Source of the DNA: Tubulanus polymorphus
Lineage: Eukaryota > Animalia > Nemertea
DNA length: 64,000 nucleotides
Assembly: GCF_964204645.1 (NCBI RefSeq)
Contig: NC_134033.1
Location: forward strand, 15,694,655-15,758,654
Reading direction: 5' to 3'
A model generated the notes under the pieces. It was not told where the DNA came from. It saw nothing but the letters and a program-made list of their open reading frames with translations, and ran no database searches. A program made the translations under genes and the position numbers. Numbering within the stretch: position 1 is the stretch's first letter; each line of letters starts with the position of its first letter. Shown here piece after piece: positions 11,453 through 25,933 of this stretch.

Positions 11453-14400
11453 ATGGCCACTCGGGTCTCTCAGTCATCCGTCAGTAGTAACGCGGTTTAT
11501 ATCACTGAAGTAGACACGATTCTGAGAGCCATATCGAACAACGGTAAACGATGGTTGTACACGACTTATTTCGCGTTATGCGCGGCTCTCAGCTTCCCGT
11601 GCGCCTGGCACATGTTCGCGATCACTTTCGTCGGTAAGTGTCGGATGAAAAAATACTAAAAACTATTTGAAAATCTTATTTCATCAAAATCTAGATACTG
11701 ACTTTATAAGGATTTGTAAAGAAATCGTGGTAAATTCAATTGACGTGAGGAATTAACTTAATTTGTTTTAAGAAAATATCAAGCTTTTGCTACTAGAGCA
11801 CATAGTTGCTTCATCAGTTAAGTCAAGAACTCATTTGCCTGATAAAGCGGCAATGCACTAGTAGCGAAAGCTTGTATGCCTAGGAATATTACATCAGTAT
11901 TCGTGAACATGACTATCAGGATAAAGTCAAAACGTCGAATAAACTACTATAGCTAAAGGAAGGTAACCTTTTCGGACTTAAAGTCTTTCTATTCTAGTAT
12001 TGTGGGTATTTACCGTAGTGTCGTTTCAACGCGCACTCCGGGTGTTCCTCCATCAAGACCAAACTAATTGCAAATGATTTAAAGTTAAATCTAAATATCG
12101 AAGGTGTTGTCAGTTTTCGAGTTCACTTGGAATATTGCTATCAATAAGTCAATTTTACATTCATAAACGTAAGCACACAACTTTGTCCTCTAAAAGAGTC
12201 CAACGAACAACTCGGCAAACAAAAGGTCAACCCCAGTATTATCGTAAAGTTTGAAATATACTATCGTCGCAACAGGTGGACTGCCCGATGACTATCACTG
12301 TCGAGTGGGCGCCAATCAATCGATACCTCAGATTTATAAAGATGGTAAATGGACGAATGATAAATGTAGTATGTACAAGAATGAATCTAGTGGTGATAAT
12401 CAGACGATACCGTGTAATAATGGATTGGTTTATTATACCGATTATCAAAGCACCATCGTTACTGAGGTAATTAACATAATCATCTTATCGTAACTTTATT
12501 GAATTCCCCTACAGGCTGGTCATTATTTACCCCATGCTTTTGTGCTGATCAGACTAGTGTAAAATGTCTCCTCCATTAAAATAGTCACAGCAACAACATC
12601 TCTCACAATTTTTGATAAGTGTTTCTACAATTTTGCTTCTAACTTTCTGATTGCAGTGGGATCTGGTGTGTGACAGGGACTATTTACCTCAAATGGCACA
12701 GACTATTTTTGTCGTCGGTACTTTGATCGGAGCCGGAAGTCTGTCGCCGTTAGCCGATTGGTTGGGACGCAAAAAGGTGCACATCGGTTCACAGATAGCG
12801 ATGGCGATTGTGGGAATTATAACAATATTTTCTCCTAATTACGTCATGTTTGCCGTAATGCGAGTTATAACAGGTGCACTTCAACAGGTACGATCATCCG
12901 AACTGGTGCATACAGCTTCTGCTGCAAGAAAATCTAACTCACCTATTTCTTCTCATTTCCAGGGAGTGGTTCTATCCACTAGTGTCCTGTTGTTCGAATT
13001 GTTCCCGGCTGAAAAAAGGGCTCATTCGAACCTGAGTACTTGGTTATTTTGGTCACTCGGTATCATTTCTCTGGCCACGTTCGGTTACTTCGTACGGAAT
13101 TGGAGATATTTGCAGTTGCTGATTTCAATTCCTGCATTTCTGGACCTATTCGGTATCTGGTTCTTCCCGGAGTCCATTCCGTGGTTGATCGCGCACGGAG
13201 AAATCGACGAAGCTCAAAAGACAATCGACAAAGCCGTGAAAGGAGCGAAAATAAAAATCCCGATCCCCGGTTCGCTTCTAGAGTTGGAAGTACCGGAGAA
13301 ACCAAGTTTGAGAAAGTTGAGTCATGAATTGAAAAGGAAGTTGTCAGATTCGGTGCGGCACAGTTCAACAGAGGATCCACCGGTATTTAACAAAAAAACC
13401 TCCCTTGCTACAACTCAACTAATGCAGTGGAACCTCAATACATCGAACTCAATACGAAACCTTATAATATGCGCGTCAACCGATAGTTCGTTATATCCAA
13501 AATGAAATTAGTTAGATTTTCAAACTTGGGACGAAATTCTTGTTATACCCGATGAATCGCTATATCCGAGTTCGTTACGACGGGGTACCACTGTGGTAGT
13601 AGAATCTAGTTCCACATTTGAACTTAGTGGATCCAAAGTAAAATTAAACCCACACAACAGTGGAACTGGATCCAGAGTCAAATAAAACTCACACAACTGT
13701 GGAGCTGGATTCAGAGTCAAATTAAACCCGTACAACAGTGGAACTGGATCCAGAGTCAAATAAAAGTCACACAACTGTGGAGCTGGATTCAGAGTCAAAT
13801 TAAACCCGCACAACAGTGGAACTGGATCCACAGTCAAATAAACCTCACACAAACTGTGGAACTGGATTCAGAGTCAAATTAAGGAATTCGTTGATATTTT
13901 CAGGCACCGCAACCTGAGGAAAAACAAGAATCGTTGTGGGACGTGATGAAACATCCTCGTTTACGTTGGTATTCGTTGATCATGTGTCTAATGTGGTAAG
14001 TTCCTAAAACTATTCCCCCTAAAGACTTAATCTATTCGACTGAAAAACTGGCACTAGAATAATTCCGTCCATCTTTAAAGGTTCAACTCTTCGATGGCTT
14101 ATTACGGAATTTCACTGAGCGCCACGTCTTTGGTCGGCAACAGATATTTGAATTTCGGTCTGGTCGGAGTGATGGAAATTCCAAGTTACATATTCACCGT
14201 TACAACAGCACCGAGGTGAAATAATAAATCAACAAAAAACCTAGTCCTTTTCATTTCTTGTTTTTTTCATGCCGCGAAAATGTAATTTTTTCTTGTGTAG
14301 AATTGGTCGTCGTATTCCGTCATGTATTTCACAAGTAGGTGGTGGAATCGCACTTATTATTGTGCCCTTCATACCAAAAACACTCGGTAAAGTCTTTTAG

Positions 14401-15131
14401 TAACCTGTCTGTTCAATCCATAAAGCTATAGATCATTTAAAAATCGTATAAACCTTTTCGTTTCCTTTGTGTCTTGTACCGGTAGCTGATGGGACGAGTT
14501 TGGCTCCTCTGATTGTTACTGTTACTATGGTCGGCATGTTTTTCGAGTCATCGGCATTTTCACTGGCATTTCTTTACGGACAAGAGATTTATCCGACCAG
14601 CACCAGGTGTTGTAACAATTTGTTTCATTGCCTAATCGTTACATCCGTTCGTCGATGAAGACAAAAATGCAGCAGCAAAGAGTTATTTGGTCAAAATTAA
14701 AATGTGAACATCGTTTGTTGTTTAATCTTTTTTTCAGAAATAGTGGTATTGGTCTTTCCTCGATGTGGGCGAGGGCTGGAGGAATGTTGGCGCCGTTTGC
14801 GGGATATATGGTATGCAGTATTGGAAAACAAGGCCACTTGTCACTGGTAAATTGTTGACTTTGTTTATACGCGTTTTTATTGCTGTTGTAGGTGACTAAG
14901 ATTTACTGGTTTCCGGGAGTATTTCTAGGCTCTGTATCTATAATCATCGGTCTACTGGTATTGTACCTTCCTGAACCGCTTGGACGTCCAATACCGCAAA
15001 AAATCGCCGACATGGATTCCTGGACGCGTCAACGATATCGACCGCCAACAGACGACAACATGGCCGACGAGCAACTTCCGGCGTTACCGGAAGTGCAAGA
15101 AAATGATGTTCGAAGTAACTTCGATATTTAG
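11453..15131 (+). CDS. SLC22-like transporter copy 3 (exon 2 12276-12466; 75-nt intron 3 12888-12962)
   Basis: Same exons and motifs. Exon 1 and introns 5-6 are nearly identical to copy 2. Confidence 0.92.
13628..13880. repeat. ~39-bp tandem repeat (GGAACTGGATCCAGAGTCAAATAAAACTCACACAACTGT), ~6.5 copies; more degenerate orthologous array at 7170-7335
   Basis: Seen directly; the unit resembles one arm of the 38007 MITE family. Confidence 0.8.
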
Positions 15132-15795
15132 TGTCACAGCGCCTCTTTTCGTTGTACCTTTCCAGATCAGAACCAAGTAAAGATTCAGCATTCATTGTGT
15201 TCATATTTAGTCCTGGGTCTTATTTTGAATTCGATTCAATTCTTTTATAAATTCGACGACTTAAAACATTTTATGCACCCGCGTTTCAAAACATTCCATT
15301 TATATTTTGATAGAGATTTTATATGAAAACATCTTATTATCACGAATGTATAGGTTTTTTATATATCCGCATATGCAATGTATATGCATCGTGGCAAGTT
15401 CCGAACCAAATTTGTGAGATAGATCGTGGATATTATAAAAGCATATGCTATTATCTAAATCTAGTCATAACTCAGTGGAACTGGGTCCGTCAATGTTGGT
15501 TAACTAATTACTGATTTTTTATTCTACGTATCTCTTTGTACTAATAATCGTCCTAATGATGATTCGAGTTGATGTTCAGCTATCAAAAACATAAAATCAG
15601 GTCATCACAATCGATCCGTGCTATAAACTATTACTGAGTTGTACTTTTTTGTCGTTCATTGAGAGATATGAAAGATCGTTTCGTGGATTGGTCATGGGTC
15701 CGATCCGTTCAAGTGTTATTGATCAACAATAAACGTTCAAATCAGTTTGTCCTGGATTTTCTGCACCGAAACTCATTTGGTCTTTAAAAGCAGTA

Positions 15796-18700
15796 ATGGC
15801 GGCTCGTGAGTCTTTCTCATCCGTTGGAAGTACCGTAATTTACATCTCCGAAGTGGACAATATTCTGAGGGCCGTATCAATTTACGGTAAACGATGGTTG
15901 TATACAATTTACGTGGCATTATGTGTGGCTTTCTGCTTCCCAGCGGGATGGCACATGTTCGCGATCACTTTCGTGGGTAAGTTACAGGCACCAGAGTCCC
16001 AGTTGTGCAGTCATGACTAAAATCCAAAGGTTGCCTTAAATGTGAAGACTGGTCTTAAGTTGTTAAGTTTGGTTATAGAACTAAAATCAGGTTAGACTGG
16101 TCTTAAGTTGTTAGATTGGCCATGGAACCAAAATGAGCTTGGACTGGTCTTTAGTTGTTGGATTGGCTATAGAACCAAAATTAGGTTAAACTGGTCTTCA
16201 GCTGTTAGATTGGATCCATAACTGAGGTGGTCTAAGGTTGGTCTCTAATCTAAGCTGTGACTGTGCAACTGGCCCCAGGGACTAGATCTAATCTTTTAAC
16301 AGACTCGCATTTAATCATCTATTCGAAGAAAACCTCCGATTCAGTTAAATGATTATGTCATTTATTCAAGTTTCTTTCCTCCAAATGTAATCGAATGTCA
16401 ACATGTCAATACGCCACGCATAGTTTACAATACTCTCAAGTGAAATCTATCAGCAAATCTTTTATCTGAAAACAAATAAATATCTTTCCAAAATAAGAAG
16501 GGCAAGGTTCTGTTATAGATTTTTTTAGACATCGAATCGATAAGATACAAACTATTTGACTATCAGTTTATGAAATTTAGTTTTGAATTGAAAAGAATAC
16601 CGATAATTATTCAGATTTGATAAAATCATGATTCGGGATTATATGAATTTTCTATTTCGCAAATGAATTCCAACGTATCGTCGCTACAGGTGGACTGCCC
16701 GATGACTATCACTGTCGAGTGGGCGCCAATCAATCGATACCTCAGATTTATAAAGATGGTAAATGGACGAATGATAAATGTCGTATGTACAAGAATGAAT
16801 CTAGTGGTGATAATCAGACGATACCGTGTAATAATGGATGGGTTTATTATACCGATTATCAAAGCACCATCGTTACACAGGTATAATGTAATTATTGTCA
16901 TTAATCACTTAAATTTTCTAAGTATTTAAAATGATAAAGTGAAGTTATAATGTCTTTGTTTCTGCAGGTTTTTGAATTTTAAAAGTATGTTTAATATTAT
17001 TCTGTTATCCGGTCATGCACTCGATGCCCGAATGTTTGATAATGGCTACTTAAAACCTGTTGCCGTATGATGCTTGTATGACAACCGGACTCGATGAGCT
17101 CACCAAAACTAGACTCTGAGGTCTCATCTATTCAGATAATGCCAGTCGAAAAACGATATTTTGCAAAAAAGATAATTGTTTAATGCTGCTTGGATCGGCG
17201 TTTCTAGAATTTAACAAATTTTAAAGGAAGTTACGAAATATCATCGTTTCTGCTCTTCATAGAGAAACTTTGTATTCTATTATCGTGGCATGTCCGGTCA
17301 GTTTATTTTACACTCAATGTGCCCGATAGCCTTCGGCGGATATGTCCGAAGGTTTAATAATGACCTCTTCTAAACCTGTCGCCTACGACCATTGTATGAC
17401 GGAGGGGCTCAATGAGCTTATTGAACTAGTCTCCTAGGTCTCCTCCATTCATATCAAACTGGACAAAGAAACGACATTTTCCACAATCCAAATAAGATTT
17501 CTAACTTTCTGTTTGCAGTGGGATCTGGTCTGTGACAGGGACTATCTACCTCAAATGGCGCAAACTATTTTTGTCGTCGGTACTTTGATCGGAGCCGGGA
17601 GTCTGTCGCCGTTAGCCGATTGGTTGGGACGTAAAAAGGTCCACATCGGTTCGCAGATGGCGATGGCGATTGTGGGAATAATAACAATATCTTCTCCTAA
17701 TTACGTCATGTTTGCCGTAATGCGAGTAATAACAGGTGCACTTCAACAGGTACGATCTGGCGCAGCTGCTGAAAACGAAGATTGCTTCATCACAAATACA
17801 TCCGTTAAGTCAAAGATATCATTAACTGGTAAAATTCCCTTTTGAGAAACTTAGCTCGTTTTTCAAAAAACAGAATCCCAACACCGATGGATAATCTACG
17901 ACAGTACATTATAGAAATGCTGAATAACTTTTGACATTTCTACCCTATATACGAACGGGTTTTCCGTATTTCTTGAAATTAATTTTGTGAATTAGATTAA
18001 TGTTTCGCCTTTCCAGGGAGTGGTCCTATCCAGTACTGTTCTGTTATTCGAGTTGTTCCCGACTGAAATGAGGACTGTCTCCACTCTCAGTACCTCCATA
18101 TTCTGGGCGATGGCTGTCGTCATACTGGCCACATTCGGTTACTTCGTACGGGATTGGAGATATCTCCAGTTGCTTATATCCATTCCGGCGTTTTTGGACC
18201 TACTCGGTATCTGGTTCTTCCCGGAGTCCATACCGTGGCTGATCGCGCACGGCAAAACCGACGAGGCCGAAAAGGTCATCGCAACGGCGGTGAAAGGCGC
18301 GAAGATCAAAATCCCGATTCACGAGATGGAATTCCCGGAGCGACCCAGTTTGAGGCGATCGAGTCTGGAATTGATGAATAAATCGATGACGCAAATGCGT
18401 AATTTGAAAAGAAGGTTGTCAGATCGGCGACGCAGTTCAACACAGACACCACCGGTATATACAAGAACAACCCCCAGCGCCCAGTAACGGGTGAATTCCG
18501 ATAGAGATTATCCATGGATGAAAACTAACCTCAACGACTTGGATACTATGAATGTTTAACTTTTCATCTCTGGATAGTATTTTATCAACCCAATTTGAGT
18601 AGACATTCTTAACCCTACAGTGTCAAATCCTGACTATTTGACCGTAAGAAGGCACATTTCGTTCATTCTAAATTACAGAGATTTTCGCATTTCTAGGCAC

Positions 18701-20136
18701 CTGACCCCGAAGAAAAGCGCGAAACTTTATTGGACGTGATGAAACATCCTCGTCTACGCTGGTATTCATTGATCATGTGTCTAATGTGGTAAGTCTTTAG
18801 ACTTCTAACAATCATGAGTTATTGGGTTCGAGTCCATCAATTTGCGCCATATAATATCTTTGTTACAGGTTAAATGCGTCAATGTCTTATTACGGAATTT
18901 CACTGAGCGCCACGTCTTTGGTCGGCAACAGATATTTGAATTTCGGTTTGGTCGGAGTTACGGAAATCCCTAGTTACATATTTACTCTCATAGTATCGAC
19001 CAAGTAAGACTTTTTAAAACCATAAGAGTCTATCTATTCCAGTATACAGGGTGGTCCAAAAAGCGCAACCTCATACTACCACTTATCAGAGGCCTTCAAT
19101 TTTCATACAGATCGATCGGAAATTTTGTTCGAAAAGACACAATAACTCTCAATTTTTTCGAGCTATTTTGGTTCCAGGGCCAATGTTGTGAACCGATCAG
19201 CGCCTCAAACCAGCTCAATTTCTAATGTCTAACAAACAGATAATCGTAGCGGAATCCAAATCTACAGTTTACTGGTCAGCACCCTTGCGTTATATGTACA
19301 TACCACACTTGGATTCGATTCCCGGTGAGTGCGCGTAATTTGCTGCATTTCTTTAAATCTTGTGTTCTATTTTTGTAGATTTGGGCGCCGTATTCCTTCA
19401 TGCTGTGTCCAAGTTGCTGGTGGAATCGCACTCATTGTTGTAGCTTTCATACCAAAAACACTATGTAATATTGACATCTCTTTTAGCTACATTTTGTTTC
19501 GGTGTTCGAGTCAATGTATAAACATTTTATATCGTAGCTGATGGGACTAGTTTGGCTCCTCTGATTGTTACTGTTACTATGATCGGCATGTTGTTCGAGT
19601 CATCGGCTTTTTCACTGGCATTTCTTTACGGACAAGAGATTTATCCGACCAGCACCAGGTTATTATACACAAATGCATCACCAAGAGCTCTTTGTAAAGA
19701 ATATGTGCATAATCAATTGTTCATTTTTCAGGAATAGTGGTATGGGTTTGTCCTCTGTGTGTGCTAGAATTGGAGGAATGTTGGCGCCGTTTGCGGGATA
19801 TATGGTTTGTAACATTTGCAAGACAAGTAATTTGAATTATTGAAAAACAAGTATTTTGTTACTGGTTACTTTATTAGGCTTTTATTGCTGTTGTAGATGG
19901 CAAAGATCTACTGGTTTCCGGGAGTATTTCTAGGCTCTGTATCTATAATCATCGGTCTACTGGTATTATACCTTCCTGAACCGCTTGGACGTCCAATACC
20001 CCAGAAAATCGCCGACATGGAGTCATGGACGCGTCAACGATATCGACCGCCAACAGACGACAACATGGCCGTCGAGAAACTTCCGGCGTTACCGGAAGTA
20101 CAAGAAAATTATGATCGAAATAACATCGATATTTAG
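15796..20136 (+). CDS. SLC22-like transporter copy 4 (exon 2 16690-16880)
   Basis: All 10 exons are recognisable with canonical splice sites. Confidence 0.92.
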
Positions 20137-20762
20137 TCCCGGGTTTTATTCTGAATTCGATTAATTCCTTTGTTAATTCAGTTAATGCTTCAACAACTTT
20201 GATCTTTTCATAAAAAACGAGATCCATGTTTAGGACAAAATTTGATTAATGACAACAAAGCATTCCATTTATATTTTGATAGAGATTTTTATAAGAAAAC
20301 AACTTGTTATTCTAAATGTATAGTTTTTAAAAACAGTTCTGCATATATATAAACTGTATATTGTAAATTATGAGTTAGAACGTTGTTATTATATAAGGAT
20401 GTAATCATCTAATTTGAAGTCATAACTCTGGAACTGGAACGATCAATGTTGGTTAACTAATTAACTGATTCTATATCCAACATATTTATATGTATTTTGA
20501 TCCTTCGATTGGTGAATTGAGTCGATGTTCAGCTATTTGAAAATATAAAATCGGGTAATCACAATCGATCTGTGTTATAAATCATTACTGAGTTGTAGTT
20601 TTTTCTGTCGTTCATTGAGAGATATAAAAAATTGATATCTCATTTCATGGGTTGACAATGTCAAAACCGTTCAAGTGTTATTGATATATGATCAACAATC
20701 AATGTTCAAATCAGTTTGTCCAGGATTTTCTGTACCGTGGCTGGCTTTGTCTTTGAGCAGTA

Positions 20763-23700
20763 ATGGCGGCTCGTGAATCTTTCTCATCCGTTGGAAGTAC
20801 CGTAATTTACATCTCGGACGTGGACGATATTTTGAAGGCCGTATCAATTTACGGTAAACGATGGTTGTATACGACTTATGTCGCATTAAGTATAGCTTCT
20901 TGCTTTCCAACGGGATGGCACATGTTCGCAATTACTTTCGTGGGTAAGTTACAGGCACCAGGGGCTAGTTGTGCAATCTTTTTAAAAGTGATCTTGAATG
21001 TTAAGGTTTTAAGTTGTAAGATTAGGTATAGAACCGAAGTGAGTTTAGACTGGTCTTAAGTTGTAAGATTGGTTATAGAACCAGAATGGGCTTAGACGGG
21101 TCTCAAGTTGTTAGATTGGTTATAAAACCAGAATGAGCTTGGACTGGTCTTAAGTTGTTTGGCTATAGAAATAAAATGGGTTTAGACTGGTTATTGATCG
21201 TGCAAGTGTTGCTCTTGGTAATAGATGGCACCAAGGATCAAATCTAGTTCATAACTGAGTCACTTTTTAGTACGTGCACAATTTTCTATTTTATAGTTAA
21301 ATGATTGTGTCATTTCTACAAGTTTCGTTCATCATAATTTAACTGAATGAAAATATATCAGATATATCACATAAAGTTCACGATACCGAGTGGAATCGAT
21401 CAGCAAATCTTTTATCTAAACGCAAATACAAAATCCAACTATTTATCTTTAGCAAAATAATAAGGGCAAAGTTTCACTAGTGCCGTAGTATTTTTCACGA
21501 TCAAAAAGATTAGATTATTTTCTTATCGCAAGGTGGACTGCCCGATGACTATCACTGTCGAGTGGGCGCCAATCAATCGATACCTCAGATTTATAAAGAT
21601 GGTAAATGGACGAATGATAAATGTCGTATGTACAAGAATGAATCTAGTGGTGATAATCAGACGATACCGTGTAATAATGGATGGGTTTATTATACCGATT
21701 ATCAAAGCACCATCGTTACTGAGGTAGTGTAAACATTTCAGTGATCACTCTTAATTGAAATATGATATCTTACTTGGCGTTTCATTGGTCAAGTTAGATT
21801 TTGAAGTATCATATTGACAAAAGGAAGTTACAAAATATCATCGTTCCTGGTCTTGTTTGAGTAACTTTGTATTCTATTATCGTGGCATGTCCGGTCAGTT
21901 GATCATGTACTCAATGTGCCCGATAGCCTTTGGCGGATATGTCCGAACGTTTAATAATGACCACTTCTAAACCTGTCACCTATGACTATTGTATGACGGA
22001 GGGGCTCAATGAGCTTATTGAACTAGTCTCATAGGTCTCCTCCATTCATATGAAACTGGACAAAGAAACGACATTTTCCACAATCCAAATAGAATTTCTA
22101 ACTTTCTGATTGCAGTGGGATCTGGTGTGTGACAGGGACTATTTACCTCAAATGGCGCAGACTATTTTTGTCGTCGGTACTTTGATCGGAGCCGGAAGTC
22201 TGTCGCCATTAGCTGATTGGTTGGGACGCAAAACTGTCCACATCGGTTCGCAGATGGCGATGGCGATTGTGGGAATTATAACAATATTTTCTCCTAATTA
22301 CGTCATGTTTGCCGTAATGCGAGTAATAACAGGTGCACTTCAACAGGTACGATGTCGCAGCTGCTGCAAAAGTTGATAGCTTCATCAGAAATTTCCGTTA
22401 TATATCCAATCCGTCAAGTGTAAGATATAATCTATTGGTAGAATCCAAATTTGACACACAAATATTAAGCAATTTTTAAAAAACTAGAATCCCAACGAAC
22501 GATTACACACAAAATTACTAAATAGCTTGTGTCCATTTCCTACTTGCTTGGAAATAGTTTTCTTAAATTCGAAAGTATTGATTCATGTTTTCCATTTCCA
22601 GGGAGTGGTCCTATCCACTAGCGTCCTGTTATTCGAGTTGTTCCCGGCTGAAAAGAGAGCTCTCTGTACCCTTAGTATTTCCATATTCTGGGCGATGTCT
22701 CTCGTCATACTGGCCACGTTCGGTTACTTCGTACGGAATTGGAGATATTTCCAGTTGTTGATTTCAATTCCGTCGTTTATCGACCTACTCGGTATCTGGT
22801 GCTTCCCGGAGTCCATAGCCTGGCTGATAGGGCGTGGAAAATTCGACGAAGCTGAAAGAACTATTGAAACGGCGGTGAAAGGCGCGAAGATTAAAATCCC
22901 GATCTCCGCTTCCCTTCTCAAGATGGCGGTCCCGGAACGACCCAGTTTGAGACGATCGAGTTCGGAGATGAGTGATTTGAAAAGAAGGTCGTCAGATCCA
23001 CGACGCAGTTCAACACAGGCTCCACCGGTATATACCAGACCAACCCCCAGCATCCATTTCAACAGTTCTGAGATTAAATAGTGGAATTTAGTTACAACGA
23101 ACTTCAAGGCAGCAAAATCTGTTAGTTCGTTATAACTGATAATTCTGTAAACAGTATGAAATTATTGAATGTCTTATTTGGGACGAAAGATAGGTTTGTC
23201 ACAGGTCAGTCGATAAATCGTTGTTACCCGAGGTCGTTATAACGAGTATCAAAACGTAACATTTGAAAAGACATTCTTACGTGGCAAATCTTGACCATTT
23301 AACCGTGAAACAAGTTTTTTATCTGCTATCCTAAGTTATATAGGAATTTTCAGGAACCTGACTTCGAAGAAAAGCGCGAAACTTTGTTGGACGTGATGAA
23401 ACATCCTCGTTTACGTTGGTATTCATTGATCATGTGTCTAATGTGGTAAGTCTTTAGACTTCTAATAATCATGACTTATTGGGTTCGAGTCCATAAATTT
23501 GCGCCATATAATATCTTTTTTACAGGTTTAATGTGTCAATGGCCTATTACGGAATTTCACTGAGCGCCACGTCTTTGGTCGGCAACAGATATTTGAATTT
23601 CGGTTTGGTCGGAGTTACGGAAATTCCCAGTTACTTACTCACTCTCCTTGTAACAACCAAGTAAGACGTTAAGAATCCTTATATTCTATCTATTCCAGTA

Positions 23701-24689
23701 TATATAACTGGAAAGAATATATTTTACAAATACGATAAGCTGTACATAACCACTCACTAGTACTACGTAAGACTATAGTTTTATTGGTTCACTGGTTACC
23801 ACCCTCTACGACACTTAGGTTCGATTCCCGATGAGTGCGCGTAATTTGCCGCATTTCTTTAAATCTTTTGTTCTAATTTTGTAGATTTGGGCGCCGTATT
23901 CCTTCATGCTGTGTCCAAGTTGCTGGTGGAATCGCACTCATTGTTGTAGCTTTCATACCAAAAACACTATGTAAGATTGATATCTCTTTTAGTACCATTT
24001 TTTCGATAAATGTCAATAATTGTATAAACATTTTATATCGTAGCTGATGGAACGAGTTTGGCTCCTCTTATTGTTACTGTTACTATGGTCGGCATGTTGT
24101 TCGAGTCATCGGCTTTTTCACTAGCATTTCTTTACGGACAAGAGATTTATCCGACCAGCACCAGGTTGTTGTTATACATAATAGCTCGCGTCACATCGTC
24201 AAACCCCTCCCCTCCAGAGATGTAGACACATATACTATAGGAACTCTTTGTAAAGAATAATATGTAGATAGTCAAATGTTCCCTTTTCCAGGAATAGTGG
24301 TATGGGTTTGTCCTCCGTGTGTGCTAGAATTGGAGGAATGTTGGCGCCGTTTGCGGGATATATGGTGTGTAATATTTGAAAGACAAGCAACTTGCAATAT
24401 TGAAAAAAAAAGTTATAGTGCTGGTTCATTTATAAGGTTTTTATTGCTGTTGTAGATGACAAAAATCTATTGGTTTCCGGGAGTATTTCTAGGCTCTGTA
24501 TCTATAATCATCGGTCTACTGGTATTATACCTTCCTGAACCGCTTGGACGTCCAATACCGCAGAAAATCGCCGACATGGATTCCTGGACGCGTCAACGAT
24601 ATCGACCGCCAACAGACGACAACATGGCCGACGAGCAACTTCCGGCATTACCGGAAGGGCAAGAACAATACGATGAGGAAGACTTGTAA
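20763..24689 (+). CDS. SLC22-like transporter copy 5 (exon 2 21533-21723)
   Basis: All 10 exons are recognisable. The upstream region and several introns are shared with copy 4. Confidence 0.92.
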
Positions 24690-25933
24690 GATAACGTAAT
24701 CAAACTCGCTCGATTACCTTTGTATATTTCGCGCTAAGATTTTGAATATATTTATCTGTAAATAAGGATTATTAATATTGGAAATGAAAAATAAACTATA
24801 TTCACGATGATTTCTTCAACATTTTTTTCTTCTCAGAACACTTAATTAACTAGTTTAAACGTGTTTGATTTCTTGGCGCGTTGACGGCACTTCAAATCAA
24901 GTGTTATTTCTGAAAATATGTCGAGTAACATTCCGCGTCCGGTTCCTACGTATAAACTTCTGCCTTTGTTCACTCAATTCACACGTGAACTTGACACGTC
25001 GTAATTTATCGATTTAGTAAATCAACACACATATGTTAGCTACAATCGGAACCCAGGGACTGCCCAAAAGTTGATAATTCACATGACAATCATCAGCACT
25101 TCGGTCATTCATCTTTGGCCATTCATTGAATTTGAAAAAGATGAGGATGCATGGGTTATAATTGAATCTGAGAAGAATTCTGGTGACGTCGTTGTACGTG
25201 CAGAAGCACACCTGGTGGATCCTCACTTGCCAAAGTCGACCCCGGAGTCTGAATTCACTCCGAAAATCCAAATTGATGTTGATACTCAGTTTACGTTCTG
25301 TTCGCGCCAGGCCGAACTAAAGATAGCGAATATTACACGCTCCATTGCTTCTTACCTCAATAGACATATTCAAAACATTACGATATCCGTCATAAGTCAT
25401 AAGTTACAAGTTATCAGTCGGCTTGAAAACCTAATAGCCGGCTAGGATAAATATTTACCTACATTTCGGATGATGATTCCAACATCTGCGGCATAGGTGC
25501 TTCTATTTTTTCTAAATGTCAAATATTTTTATTTCCTCGGCGAGGAGTTTGTGTGTGTACAACTCGACCCATATCCCCAGTTTCAGGCGATCTAGGGTCG
25601 ATGGGGCTTCGGGAAATAACCGATTGACTGAGTTTATAATCTCTTACACCGAGCAATTAGCAGCTCTTCGCGGGTCTAACTCGGCGAACTTAGGCAAATA
25701 ATCCGCCGAAACGAGTAACCCGAACTCGATGAGAGATGAGAGATGGGTAGCGCTTCTGTTGTCTATGCGTAACATAAGGAGTTATGATAAATAAAAACTA
25801 TACTGCGCTCCAATTTATGATGATAACACATGTAGAGTATTGTGCTACGTAGCAGTCAGTCATTTAGTAAGTTAGTCGAGTATTTTGCGGAGGTTTTAAC
25901 CGCGAGTTCAAACGTGGCCGGGCAGTATTCGCG

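Noticed and set aside
13520-13852. Repetitive Cys/Pro ORF (LTLDPVPLLCGFN)n
   Set aside because: It is the antisense reading of an intronic 39-bp tandem repeat related to a MITE arm.
25071-25445. 124-aa intergenic ORF
   Set aside because: It has a non-ATG start in the track and no recognisable motif, and it overlaps a dispersed repeat arm.
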